64,000 bases of DNA from Lama glama. Lineage: Eukaryota. Made by a program: the position numbers and the translations under genes. Of this stretch, positions 50,202 to 63,815 are shown in pieces. Below the pieces are notes generated by a model that made no database searches, was not told where the DNA came from, and saw only the letters and a list, made by a program, of their open reading frames with translations. The stretch lies in the NCBI GenBank assembly GCA_028534125.1, contig CM052817.1:86988001-87052000 (forward strand), given 5' to 3'. Every line of letters starts with the position of its first letter. Positions within the stretch are counted from its first letter, which is position 1.

Positions 50202-52899
50202 TGACAAAGTACTGCAGCTGAGACCCTGAGCTGCCTTATTCTAGCTGAGGCTCTGGCATGCAGTGATTTCTGTCTCAGTGTCCTGTTGTGTTCAAACTCT
50301 AAATCATTGACATCCTTAAAATAAAACCCTCTTACAGAGTGTCTTAAACTTGCTTAAGTAAATCTGTTCCCTTCCACCTAAATAATATAGCAGGGCTTCT
50401 CTACTGCACTTTAGAAGTGAGATACCTGAAAATACTCTTGTATCCTCCAAATTTTCATGTTCTGAAAATTATTATTTAACTGTAGGCTTCAGACTCCCTT
50501 GCCTAACTTGAAATTTAAAACAGGTTTTTTTTAAAGTTTCTTAAGCATTTGTGAAAGGCAAAGGTTATACTCAGAGGCTTAAATTGAGAAACAGAATCAG
50601 TGAATTAACAAAAATATGTATTGAATATCAATTCTATTCATAATGATTTGCATATACAATTTCATTTAAAACCTTGTAGAGTAGATATAATTTCTGTTAT
50701 TTAGGTAAGAAAATATAAGCACAAACTTACCTAGGCATACACAGGTGTTCTAAATGTCAAGAAATAGTGTCTTAAGTTAAAGATGTGCCAGTTGGACTGG
50801 AATAAGGACCAGTGTGGTTATATAGTTACAGAATAGATTCTCACAAAAACTCTACTTCAGGAGATGTATTTAGTCAAATTGTCAAAGTACATAAATTATC
50901 TCTTACTAAAACATCTGGAATTTTGTTGAACATTTTAGGTCGATAGAAGCCCTTTATTAAAAGACTATATACTGAGTTTTTTTAATACTTACTATTGAAT
51001 TAATAATACATAAAACATACGCACTGTTTACAAAATATTTAGAGGCTAATTTTGAAATAGTATTTTTTGTCAAGATATTTGATAGATAATACAGGGTCAG
51101 AATAAGGAGATAGCTGAAAAAATGAGCAAATTCCAGAGATATTTTGTTTCCAATTTATTTGACGCTTGTAAGATATCACACTTATTCTTTTTTTTTTTAA
51201 TGTATCCCCAGGCATGAAACAACTCTGGCCACCAACCCAAGCATCAAGCTAATATGGAAAAAGGGCTAGACACCCGCTTTGCCCCTGACTGACAGAAGAA
51301 CACCACCGCCAATCAGGTGTCTCTTTGCCCATCACCAGGGGGTTACTCTTATTCTTACAGAAGGCAGGGGGACAGCAAAATAACAAGGAGAAAGTAGAAG
51401 ATGATTTAGGAGAACAGGTTATTTATGAAACAAAACTCCGGATGAAGGAGAGGAGGAATCCGGATGAAGCAGAAGGATAAGACACCTTAACAACTTTCTA
51501 GGTGGAGAGAAGTTGAAGTTGCATCATCTCATCATGAGGATAAGAAGCAGCTTCTCCTGGGTTAATATGAAGCGGAGGAGATTGTGGGTGGGTGCAAATT
51601 TTGTCAAGAAATGTTTTCCAATTTAGAAGGCCATGGAGAAAGTGGCATTATTTGGTAATAAATTTGGCACTGGTACTCATTCTTTATCAGACACATATTT
51701 ATTGAGCACATTTCATGAGTCAGCATTGGTGAACTACACACACTCTGCTCTCGTGAGTTCCATAGGAGAATGTAAGAATAGAACTTTAAGGAGTACACAA
51801 GTCCTGCTTTTTATTCATTTATTTTAAATTCAGATGCCAGCTGACATCGCACTGCCCTCTGAAATGTAGACGGGCTCAGCTACCCTCACTCAGATCATGT
51901 GGGTAATCCAGTGCTTTCCTGAAAGTCTTGTTACTTCCTAAGGGATTTCATTCTCTGTGATCTGAAGTTTCAGCTTTTCATTACTAACTCCCTTTCTCAA
52001 CCATTTCTTTCTCATCTGGCTGTTATGTTTTCTTAGTTACCTCACTGAGCCAGACAAGAAACCCAACATGATCCTTGATTTTTATTCTCTGAAATACTTG
52101 TATGAGACATTTGTACATGTGCAGATTATCTGAGGTAATTAAGAAGCTGGAGAACATTTACCAAGCAGCAATGCAAACAACGTAAAAATGAAAATTAAAC
52201 ATACTTTTCCTAAAACATCTATTTACTATCCTGACCAAATTTCCCCTCAGATTCTGCCTCCTGCCTTGTTGCTATGTGACCTCACTCCCTCCTCCTCCTT
52301 TCCTCCTCTTATCCTAACCATTCCTTTGTCTTTCCTTCCCTTCCTTCCTCTCAAATTCAGTGAATCTTTCTGAATATTTTTGTTTCCCAGGCATCCTAAC
52401 AGAGCCTGCCTTGGGTCTGGGGTGAAGGATGATGACAAGGAATGGTGATTATTTTTATTTCCTAGGTCTACAGAAAGGCCCTGTAAGTCCCATAAACATA
52501 GCCAATGGAGACTATCTTTCCTTTCTTGAACTCATAACATATTTTCTTGACAACTAATATTGGGTTATTCAGTAGAGAGACCACCTTTTAGATCTATCAC
52601 GTGTTTCCGAGTTAGTCAGAGTCCCAGTAAGAAACAAGAGGCATCTTCCCAAGTTGCTGATCTTCCTGGAACATTTCAATACATTCTTACTTTACACTGA
52701 GCGGTATTAAAACTCTTAATAATGGCCCGCAAGACCTGGGATAATCTTTAACAATGGAGGCTTCTTAAAATTTGGCCTTTTAGTCTCCAGAAAGTACTAA
52801 GTTGCCTTGTTTTCTTCCCACCCCACTCTTCTGGATATTCATTAAAGCTGTTCCCTTTGTTTTAAAGCTGTATCACCGTGATTAAAAAACAAACAAACA

Positions 52900-53720
52900 G
52901 AAACTATGGTAAAATACACATGACACTACATTTAGCACCTGAATCATTTTCTTTTTCTGGGGGGAGGTAATTAGATTTATTTGTTTTTATTTATTTTTAG
53001 AGGAGGCACTGGGGATTGAACCCAGGACCTTGTGCATGCTAAGTATGCACTCTACTGCTTGAGCTATACCCTCCACACTCTGAATCATTTTTAAGTGTGA
53101 GGTTCAGTAGGGTTAAGTGTATTCACAATGCTGTGAAAAAGATCTCCAGAACTTTTTCATCTTGCAGAACTGAAACAATACCTATTAAAGAACAAGCCCC
53201 CATTTCTGCCTCTCCCCCAGCCGCTGGTGACCACCATTCTAATTTCTGTTTCTATAAATTTGACTACACTAGATGTGTCATATAAGTGGAAATATATAGT
53301 ATTTGTCTTATTGTGACTGGCTTATTGTATTTAGCTTAATGTCCTCAAGACTCATCCATGTTGCTCTATGTGTTAGAATTTTCCTTCCTTTTTAAGGCTG
53401 AATAACATTCCATTGTATGTATATATATTTTGTTTATCCACTGTCCATGGGCACTTGGGTTGATCCCACTTTCTGGCTGGTCTGAATAATGCTGCCATTG
53501 AACATGGATGTACAAACATCTCCTCCACACCCCACTTTAATTCTTTTGGATATTCATTTGAATACCCAGAAGTGGAATTACTGGATCATATGGTAATTTT
53601 ATTTCTAATTTTTTGAGGAAATGTCATACTATTTTCCATAGTGACTGCACCATTTTACATTCCTCCAATAGTGCAGAAGCGTCAGTTACTCCATATCCTT
53701 GCCAACAATCGTCATGCTTT
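52900..53720 (-). mobile_element. L1MB-like 3' end, interrupted by a SINE
   Basis: 'atggtaaaatacacatgac', 'ccagaactttttcatcttgcagaactgaaac', 'tacccagaagtggaattactggatcatatggtaatt'. Confidence 0.9.
52951..53079 (-). mobile_element. tRNA-Ala-derived SINE (camelid Vic-1-like)
   Basis: Reverse complement ggagggtatagctcaagcagtagagtgcatacttagcatgcacaaggtcctgggttcaatccccagtgcctcc has A box, AGC anticodon loop and B box, then an A-rich tail. TSD ctgaatcatttt at 52939-52950 and 53080-53091. Confidence 0.9.
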
Positions 53721-53759
53721 CACATAGTGGTTCTATCGCTTTACGTCCATTTAAATATT

Positions 53760-54035
53760 AACACCTTGGAAAAGCACTGATGATCTGATCTAAGGGTGTT
53801 GCCCACTCTGCTCAATCTATATCCATTCGGATGCCTTATTCATTACATGCATAGCGTTTTAAATTTGTTCCAAGTGTATTATTAGTGGCTCCTTTTCACT
53901 TTTGTTGTGTGTTTTTGTCAACAGACTATTAACTACGCTCCATGAACGTGTGAGGGTGGAACTGTGTTTTTCTGCCTTCTGCCACTCTCTACGAGATGGT
54001 AATCCTGAAAAGATTTATCAATAAGTACTATTTAT
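53760..54035 (+). mobile_element. L2 3' end fragment
   Basis: 'agactattaactacgctccatgaacgtg...tgtgtttt...tcaataagtactattt'. Confidence 0.55.
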
Positions 54036-54074
54036 ATACTATTCATCACGTGCATCTTTGAGAAACTTGACAGC

Positions 54075-54335
54075 AATAATAACAGTCACTGTACACTGGG
54101 GTGAGCTAAGCATTTTATTGCAATTCTGTAATCTTTACAATATTGAAAATTATGCATGTAATTGCTACTTGATGTTGAAGAAACTGAGCTTTTAAATACC
54201 AAGGCACATGGGTGGTCAGTGGTAAAATGGATGCTGAGAACAAGGCCTACTTGATCAAGGTCAGATTGTGAGTACATGGTCCTTGAAGAATAAAAATCTA
54301 ACTTTATCTGATTCTAACCCTGGGTGCTTTCTTGC
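54075..54335 (-). mobile_element. MIR SINE
   Basis: 'gatgttgaagaaactgagct', 'tacttgatcaaggtcaga', 'tctgattctaaccctgggtgcttt'. Confidence 0.6.
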
Positions 54336-56419
54336 GAAAATAATTTTTCAGCAAAGCACATTCCTACATCCTCTACAGAATCATCTTTGCTACAATAGAT
54401 TCACTATATAAGTTTACTTTTTCCTTAACAGGCATGTTCACTCCAGCATTGCTGTAAATAACTTACTTAATATTAAATGACTTGTGTATGTATACATAAA
54501 TAGCATACAAATGTAAAACTGTGTTTAGCTTCCCTGTGAAACTGTACACCTAACTACTATAAAGTTTGCTGAACTGGTTAAAAAAATTCAAGATTAGGCA
54601 GATACATTGTTTAGGAAAAAAATTCAAATAATCTGATTGGACTAATGAATATTATAGAAAAACTAGAACAATTAAACAAGTATGTTACTGATTATAATCT
54701 CATTTGAATTTATATTGCTATCAAAAAGCACTTACAGTTTCTATGCTACTATAAAGAGTTGATTACAAAGCACCTGTGGCATAGAATTAATGATATAATT
54801 TATGAATAAATACATGTTTATTTCTTTAATCTTTCTCTTGAGCTGACTATATCACAATCATTTAACGAAATGATGTTAAGAAGCACAATAGAATGTTAAT
54901 CTCTTAAATTTTAACAAGTTTTAAGTGATAAAACTTTCGAATTTCAAGATATGCATCATGATTTCTTTCATATGTATGTATATATATATAATTACTGAAG
55001 TATACATCTTGCATGTTTGTGTGTACATCATAATATTTCTAAACAGTAGAATATAGATAGTCATTAAATATCATGTTATGTATTTTATGTTATATATTAT
55101 TTCTTAATATAGGCATTTATATATATATGAAACTTTGCATAAGCAAGATATTTTCCTTCAACACAATTGGGTAAATATATGAATCTGTCCCATTCAATAT
55201 ACTTACAGTCAACTTTTTCATGATAGAAGACTTTTTTTCGGGCATGTGCTTAAATGACTCAGAGCCTGGGCTAAATATATTCGTATTTCTACCACATGTT
55301 ACACCTATATCCAATTCTATTTTTTCACATGGGCATTTTTTACATGACTCTTTACCCTGAAAATGAGAAGCATATACTTAAGAAAAGGCAATGGTCCTCT
55401 GAGATCGCTAAATAGAATGTAGACCTGCAACACAGTGCTTAACTATATAATTCTCCAGGGATTTTACTGTTTGAAGGCTGAGGTAATGGCATGCAAATTT
55501 CACTGCCACTGACATTTTTCACTTGAGAATTAACATATATAAAACTCAATTTTTTTTTTGTTACATGAAAGAAATCATCCTCTCTACCTCCTACTGCTAG
55601 ACTAGCTTTCCATCCTGGTTTTACCATTTCTATTAATGTTGAGTTTATATTGCATTTTACTAAGAAAGGAAAGTTTTTGAAGAAAACTTTTATTGACATA
55701 TAATAAGCATGCAGAAAGTGCGTGCATCTTAAATATGTTGAACCATTCGAATTTTTGATATATGAACCTGCATACATTTAAATATTTTACTCAGTTTTTT
55801 AAGTTGTCAAATACTTTTAAAATATGAGGAAAATGATAGAAACAGTGAAAAAGGATATATAAAACAAACTTATTAATCATGAAAGTCACATTCCACGTAG
55901 CAAGGCTACTGTATCTTCTTATTTCAGTTACTATCAATAAGTAGACAAAATTTTTTATAGATGAGAAGATATATTAGTGACTTGTGGTTAACAGAGTTAG
56001 AATCTCTGTCGGCTGTGTCAGCCTCTTAAAAATATACAATTTTGCAAGGACTTTCTGAAGCTTTTATCTAACAATGATGTTGGGAGTACTAATATGGGTT
56101 AAGTATTTATGGATGATTGTTGTGCGCCAAGTATAGTATAATGCCTTCTGCATACATTAACTCACTCAAGCAATGGAATAACCCTATGATCTACTTGTTG
56201 ACATCATCCTGATTGTGCTAGTGGGTACGTAGACAAACCTAATTCCAATCTAATTCCAGAGACATTCTCTTTCACCCACAACATAATACTGCCTTCCAGA
56301 GCATTGAGAAGTCCATTCTACCTGATAACTATAATTTTTGATATTTTAATTAAAATCTTAGAAGAGACATCAACATTTTAGATTGTACTCCAAATGTTCT
56401 GGTCATTTATTTTATTTTT

Positions 56420-56550
56420 TCATATATATGTATATGTAATAGGTATGTTATATATTGTATATAATATGTGACAATATTATTTATAATACAATAATATATA
56501 TAACAATATATATATACATACATACACACACATAATGTATAATCATATAT
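56420..56550. repeat. AT-rich (TA)n/(CA)n low-complexity tract
   Basis: Read directly. Confidence 0.85.
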
Positions 56551-57449
56551 TTTAGAGTCAGTTGTGATTACATTATAGATTTTCTAACCAGTCAGCTTTA
56601 TTCTATAAATTATAACGTGAGGCCCAAGTGATAAGCCTCTCAAGCTGGGTTGTTGGGTAGGGTCAGAAGTAGAACTGCTTTCTTGGTATCAGATCCAGCA
56701 CCTTTTGTTACGGTGGCCACTAAGCCATTGTGATTCCTATTACATTTACTTATATGTTATGTAAAATATCAAGCAACACTTTGGCTCCACAGAGAAAGTT
56801 CCCTAAGGAACATGGACAGCTGCTCAGATATAATCTCATTACTTTGGCAAAATACAGGTTCGAGATAAATTTAGCCAAATTTGTTTTTCAAACTGTAAAC
56901 CACTGTGCATGACAGTGAAGTTAGAACTTCCTTGAAATCCTTGGGTTATTTCTTCTTAAAATCTCATGTTGAATGATATCTATGGCAAATATAAACCTTG
57001 CGCTTGTTAAATGTTCCTGTATCACATTATAGTTGAAGGCCAGAAAAAAAAATTGCATAGTGCCTATAGTCACAGTGTGTAAGGGGTTAAAGTAATTTAA
57101 AAAAAGACTTGGGCTAAACTTTTTTATGTTATGCATTTGAGACACATCTGGACTCATCAAATGAAGTAAAACATGCAATAAATATCCTCTGAGTTTACTA
57201 GAATACTAAAACTAATGCTAATTTTCACATACTGGAAAGTAAACATGCCTGCATTGTATTACCTCAAGTGATAATTAATATTAGACAGCTTGAGTAATTC
57301 TTAGTGTTAAGCCATAAACAAAGCTTTAATTAGTGAGACCTCACAGAATTGTAAAACAACAACTTTTTAACTTGGAAAAATGAAAAAATGAAAGAAGGTA
57401 GGGTGTATGAATACAATTTAAATATGGCATCTAGTTTTTATTAATGTGG

Positions 57450-57580
57450 TGTTAACTGTGAGCTTGATGAGAACAGGATATTTTCCTGTTTTGTTCACTA
57501 ATCTCTTGCAAATTCTTGGAATGGTATCAGCATATAGGAGCTGTCTGAGTAATACTAGTCAAATAAATGAATAAATAAAC
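57450..57580 (+). mobile_element. L2 3' terminal fragment
   Basis: 'actgtgagcttgatgagaacaggatattttcctgttttgttcact...aaataaatgaataaataaa'. Confidence 0.75.
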
Positions 57581-59363
57581 TCAGTTTCTGTCATAGCAGT
57601 ATTTGTTTTTAAAGAAAACGGATTCTGCTGAATATTTGACAATTTATGTAAGAGATGTTTTCCCTGAAAACTTTAAAATATAAAATGTTATGTTTGATGT
57701 TTCACCTGTATAGTTGAAACAAGCATAATTTATGAGTGAAATGCTAGGAAATTAGATGAAGATGTTAGTGTAACATGGGCAAAAACTGACTTTCTAAAAA
57801 AAGAAAAATACAATTTGCTCATGAATATGTGAAAGTATGTAAAATCTCAAGAATAATGAAAGTGTATGAGTATAAATAAAATGCAATTTAATCTATGATA
57901 TATAGTCAATATTAAAAAGGGCAATAAAGCTGTGCTCAGGTGAAATTATAAGAATAAAGACTTTGCTATAATTGTCAGACATTTCCTGGAGAGACTTTTG
58001 TTACTGTATCAAAATATAAGCCCAGCATTTTCATATTTACTATAGGCTGGGGTACAGAAATATGGCCCTATTTTGGTCATAAAGTAATCTACATTATTGC
58101 AATATATGCCTTTTACAAAACAACAGATTTTTTTATTTGAAAACATTTTTATTTCTGCTTTTCAAAATTGTTTGCTTTTTCTTACTGATTTCAGACCAAT
58201 ATAAAACCAATAAGAATCATGAGAGAGTAACAGTCCCTTTGTTCCCAAAACTAATCTCAAAAACTGATTGAAATTGCCAAAAAACGTAGAAATAGGAAAA
58301 AAAATGATGAATTAGCTCAGGAAACTAGCCAAAAATGAATTTCAAATGGCTCACTATTTGAGGAATTATAGTAGATAGATTGCCAAAGAGCCCAAATGAA
58401 GAATGGCATTGAAATATAATTCATAAATTTCCTTCCTAAGAAACAGTAGAAAACAGCTAGAAGAAGTCATAGAAGAATGCTACTGACCCTTGAAAAGGAG
58501 AAGGAGTGAGAGTGGGAGTCGAGAAAAGACCACAGCCAAGATGGCAATTGGCCACTGGAAGCTATTTTCCCAGCTGCAGACAGACAATGGTTGGAATGAG
58601 CAGAGCCAGATGTTACAAAAGTCCTAAACAGAAAGTCTGCTTGCTGTTATGACCATATTAGAAACGTTTTAGGCAATAACACTTCACTGGTTGTAATGAA
58701 TGTGTTACCTCTTCCAAATTCTTGATTCCATATTTCCGTACATTGAAAAAAATTTGAGTAATACTTTAAAATGAAACAGCATTATTAAAACAAAGCACGT
58801 ATCTATTTTTTTTAAATAGAAGATAATCTGGTGTTTATCCAATTTAAAATTTAAATTTAATTTTATCAAAAATACATGTAGATTAAAAGCTCAAATAGCA
58901 CCACAAAGGTCCTAAGAGGAAAACACATTCCTAAGCCTACCATTTATTCCTTAGAGTTGACTTCTAATTACGTGGGTGGTTTCTTATAGTGCTTTTTTTA
59001 TGCTTCTAAATCTCTCTGTCTTACTTTAAAAAAAATTGGATATTATTCATTGATTTTTTTCACTATAAATATTTTAAACTTTCACACTTTCCAGCCTTCA
59101 CTTTCCTTTGGTGCTCCTACTAATGTTATTATATCAGCTTTTGTTTAAATCAATAATTATATTGCATTTTCTCCCTTGGCTGTCAGTTTACTTGTTAGCC
59201 TTCCTGGAGTTAATAACCACCTTGTTCTCTCTTTTGTTTAGTTTTCTATATGTCCATAATTAATTCATTCTCAGACACTCTGATGGAATATAAAACACTT
59301 TTTTTAAGGGTCAAATAGATAAGATAATTTACTTGCTCAGCATTATATTTTTTCCTTATATGT

Positions 59364-59569
59364 AAGTGGCGTGCTGATGCTGGCTTGAACCAACTCTTGA
59401 GAACTGATTGTGCAGAAAACATCCCAAATCAGAGGTCAGTAATGTCACATTTTCAGCCCTGGTAGGAGTATTTATGCCACAGAAATGATCAAATGCTACA
59501 AAATGGGGCTTTTATATTTATTCATTTTTCTTGAATTTTGGTCGACAAACATTCACCAGCACACCACTG
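59364..59569. mobile_element. hAT-Blackjack MITE (MER63A-like)
   Basis: Terminal inverted repeats agtggcgtgctg ... cagcacaccactg; internal 'ggagtatttatgccacagaaatgatcaaatgctacaaa'. Confidence 0.85.
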
Positions 59570-60214
59570 CATATAACTCTCCTGGAGACTGCTCCCACCT
59601 CTGCTCTGCGCTCAAGTGTGGACTCTTGAAGATGTGCTACAGAAATGTCATTTTAACATTTTCTATCACCATCATGCCAGGAAATACTTCTACCTCTCTC
59701 CTCTATTTTCTGAATTCCCTATCTTGCTTTTTCTTAGTTCACGCTCTTATTTTGATCAAAAATATCTCCCAGTTACAGCCCAAGAAAGCATACAAAGAAA
59801 GTAAATACTTTATATTTTCATTATTTTACTTTTTGAGTATTTCCTAAATTTTATCTTTTAATCTTTCAAATTTTAAATCAGTTTTATTGCTTTTTATTTT
59901 CAAGGGTATTTCTCTTATTTGTTGAATGTTTCTTGTTTATTATATCATTTTTATCTCATCTTTTAAATTCTCTCTGAAGATAGCAATTATTGTTTAATTA
60001 TTATTATTGTTTTAATTTTAATATTATTTTAATTGATTTTAATTTTAATGTATTTTGATTGAATTTTAATTTTATGTTTTTATTTTGTCCCCTACATTGC
60101 TCTCCTTCTTCAAAATTACTTTCATAGCTTTCTTTTGTGTCTGTCATTCATTTCAGAGGCTCTCCTCACATGTCTGGTGAACCTAATTTGTATTTAATGG
60201 TGATGCCCTAAAAA

Positions 60215-60505
60215 GCAGATGGAACCAGATCCTACAGGATTAGTGTCCTTGTAAGAAAGAGACACCAGAGACTGCTGTCTCTCTCTCCCCACATGCATGT
60301 GCCGAGGAAAGGCTACAGCAGAGTACAGTGAGATGGTGCTCCTCAGCCAGTCAAGAAGAAAGCTCTCACTAAAAATTCGATCAGCCGGAACCTTGACCTT
60401 GAACTCCTAGCTTCCAGAACTGTGAGAAGGTAAATCCTTGTTGTCTGAGCCACCCACTCTACATAAATTTGTTGTTTGTTATGGCAGCCTGAGCTGCCTA
60501 ATGTG
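60215..60505 (+). mobile_element. MaLR LTR (MLT1A-like), 3' part
   Basis: 'ggattagtgtccttgtaagaaagagacaccagaga', 'gcttccagaactgtgagaa', 'gttatggcagcctgagctgcctaa'. Confidence 0.9.
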
Positions 60506-60797
60506 TCCTTTAATAACAAAGTGCTACCCACTTGAAAATTTGTTTAGTGTGACAGAGTTCTGACAGTTCTTTGTCACAGATGTACCTCCTGCAGGCAGTG
60601 CTCTCCCTTCTCAAAACACTTTGAAAGCCTGAGAAGATATACTTTGGGATTTGTACCTCACTCATAAGCATATTGTCAGTGGATGGAAAAAAGTCAATAA
60701 TACTGGAAATCTCCCAAGTTAATATCTAAAAAGAAGAATAAAATAATTACAGTGGGATATGGTTTTGCCTTATGATCATACACAAGTTCATACTTTT

Positions 60798-60951
60798 TTT
60801 AACATTTTTTATTGATTTATAATCATTTTACAATGTTGTGTCAAATTCCAGTGTTCAGCACAATTTTTCAGTCATTCATGGACATATACACACTCATTGT
60901 CACATTTTTTTTCTCTGTGATTTATCATAACATTTTGTGTATATTTCCCTG
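60798..60951 (-). mobile_element. Young lineage-specific L1 3' stub with 15-bp TSD
   Basis: Exact TSD caagttcatactttt at 60783-60797 and 60952-60966; body closely similar to 9340-9612. Confidence 0.92.
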
Positions 60952-61499
60952 CAAGTTCATACTTTTGATTCTTTAGTTTCCTAAAGAGAACAACCCTTCT
61001 ACACATGTGATTCTAGTCTCAGTTTTAGTTGTTCTGCCTCGATCATCAATGTGAGGTAATTCTATATACTAGAATTTGGTTTTCTGATGTCATAATGCCA
61101 GATAAAATTTTATTGTAAGATAAAATTAGTTGATTTTAATTGAACTACAAGCAGTAATACCAAAGCCAAAGCACATTAGAGACTAAAATTCCAATTAAGC
61201 ATATTTTAGGGATCAGTTAACTTAGGTTAACTTAAGTAGCATATATTTTAGGCAACAAGACACAAAGCAAATAGATTCACAGCAAATCGAAACATGACAA
61301 GCTAAATTAGGAAACTCAAATTCAAAGACTTATATGCAATTAAATAAAACTTTAAAATGTCACAAAGCAGAAAGACATCTTTATACTAAGAAGTGATATT
61401 TACTTAACTAATCTTTCTTTAAATTCTTCTTTGAAAAATCCATTTTGAATGTTGTCTTCAACTGTATACATTCTCTAACTACTAAAAAATTACAATAAC

Positions 61500-62195
61500 A
61501 GAAGGACTTGCTCTCCCACTTACTTCATTCTTCTACAATAAATTTTATTCTTAAATGAAAGATAAGTGTTATCTCCTTTCACTTCAAACTTTGATTTTAT
61601 TCACTTAAAAAAAAAGCTTTTGCTGGACACTTTTGTCCTCACCTTTACGTCAGAATTCTTCAGATCTGTTGCTTTTATTTTATATAAACTACTCATCATG
61701 AGTAATCTGACTTTCATCCCTTCTCAAACTCTCCTCCCACTTCACACTTGAATTACTGCTGTGGTCTAATGAAGGAATTTCGGTAAATTCCTCTTGTTTA
61801 ATCCCCAATCTAACTGTATATTAAGATTGTATATCCTAAAACCTTCCTAGTTTCCTTTGCCTAATATATTTTATTCTTTCTTCATATAGAAACCCTATCA
61901 TTATTCAAGAGTATATACGATTGTTATATTTCCCAAACAAAATTTTCCTGGATATCTAATTCTACACAGATCTCTCCATTCACAGAAACTGTTAGCATTT
62001 TAAATATTTTTGTTTTGTGTCTCTTGTTATGTACCTAATCATATGACTTTGGTCGTATTTTAATGGTTTTTGTATTTATGCCTTGTTTTTAACCATGTTA
62101 TAACCTCACCAAGGCAGGACTGTGTCATCCATTTTATTTATATACCTACTCAACAGAATACTAAGTTCTATGTTCAGTATGTATTTGATTAAATG
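61500..62195 (+). mobile_element. Degenerate L2 fragments
   Basis: Ends 'aacctcaccaaggcaggactgtgtcatcc...ttcagtatgtatttgattaaatga', like an L2 3' end. Confidence 0.55.
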
Positions 62196-62199
62196 AGCT

Positions 62200-62284
62200 G
62201 TGGAAGGAAGGCAAGATGAGTGGAAAGGAGGAAGGAAGGAAAGGAAAGGAGAGAGGGGCCGAGGGAGAGGGAAGGAAAGGGAAA
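62200..62284. repeat. Polypurine (GGAA-rich) tract
   Basis: Read directly. Confidence 0.85.
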
Positions 62285-63189
62285 TGATAAGAACTGCTTG
62301 AGACTTTGAAAAAAGTCAGTCGAAATTTTGCCACTTATTAAAAGTTAAAAAACACTGAATTTATGCAATGCAGTATATTTGCTCCAATAACAACAACTTA
62401 ATCATTCTCAAATAAGAAAAGAAAGTGTTATTGGAAAGCATTGGTGGTCACTGGATCTGTTATATTGATGCTGCTTCTTCTTGGTAAATTATTTTACATG
62501 TTTCTAGGACATGGCACACAAAAATGTTTAAAAAAGAACTAATCTGAGGTCCATGTAGCATGATTATATTCTTCAACAATTTTGAAAATATCAGAATGCA
62601 TTGTCAAATACTTTATAGTACTCATAGTTCTTGTCAAATGAATTGATTGCTTTGGTCTCTTCAAGTGATCCCACCACAGTTAAGGAACAATTTGAAAGCA
62701 ATATCCACAGTTAGAATGAAATTACTGTTTATGCCATTATTTTTCAAATGATGAATTTCATTTTGTCATTTTTAGAAATGGCCTGGATGAAAATAGCTTT
62801 ATATTAAAGACTTTCATTGACACAGACTGATTTTTTTGTCTTCTGTATTGAATCAGTCTGTTCATTTGAATTTATTTATGTTCCTTTTAATTCTCGATAT
62901 TTTAAAAAAGTGTTCTTCACTCTATCAATCTTATGTGTTATCAAGGAGTTCTTCCAGAATGAGCACATTCCCACATTACTTTTGGCTGATTCACTACCCA
63001 GAGAGATAATAAAATTTTTTAGATAGAATACTCCATAAAATGAACACATATCTAGTAATAAGTATGTATAATATTTTTTATTACATAATATACACCACAA
63101 AGCAGATATATTTATAACCAACTTATGAGCAATTTAAAAACTGACTACATACACGCTCAAATAATTTAATGTTTTCTTATAGAAACATT

Positions 63190-63815
63190 TCATTCTTTTC
63201 ATTCAGTTCATATCTACTCTATTATGTGTACTGTCTTAGGTGTTCAAGATACAGATTTTAATGAGATATAGAATTTGTCTTTAAGAAATTGACAGGGTAA
63301 CGGGAGTAGAGACTTATAATTTTTCACTAAGTCATAGCTTGCAAGTATTATAGGAGTACAGAGGAGGTTAGGACACATTTACATAATGAGATCAGGAAAA
63401 TCCACATAAAAGTGGTGACTTGAATCATGAATGATAAGAAGAATGGTATCTCATTGAGTGAACACTTAACCAGAGCATTCCAAAATAGACTATTATATGA
63501 AGAAATAGGAGTATGAAACTTTTTGATGACTTTTGGTTGATTGGAAGTGTATTAAGACTGAGATAAGGTGCATGATATGGAAAACAAAGGATAAGAAAGA
63601 AGATTGGTTTGGCTCAAACTCTTAGGAGTCTTGTGCATCAAGATAAAATTTTTGCACATTTTTTTTCTCTCACAGTAGGAGATGCGAAATAATACTTGTA
63701 GAAGAGTAATTATCATAATTGTGGAGAGATTAAAGTCGATACAATAGAGATTAAAACTACAGTGAAGAGTTAGGAGTTTTACCAGTAGTTTGAGTGAGTG
63801 TGATTAAGGAGGAGA
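63190..63815 (-). mobile_element. L2 LINE fragment from the 3' end
   Basis: 'ttcattcagttcatatct...tgtgtactgtcttaggtgttcaagatacag', 'tcaggaaaatccacataaaagtggtgacttga'. Confidence 0.7.

Noticed and set aside
51328..51347. Second CTCF-like motif (tcaccagggggtta)
   Set aside because: Mismatches at both ends of the core and no upstream module.
52451..52488. 17-nt AG...GTAAGT mini-exon candidate
   Set aside because: Not frame-preserving and has no other support.
53003..53074. Possible tRNA-Ala(AGC) gene on the minus strand
   Set aside because: Stems are imperfect, and it has an A-rich tail and TSD inside an L1, so it is a SINE rather than a tRNA gene.
59485..59847. 120-aa ORF on the plus strand
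   Set aside because: It spans a MER63A-like element and old repeat-like sequence; no recognisable protein.
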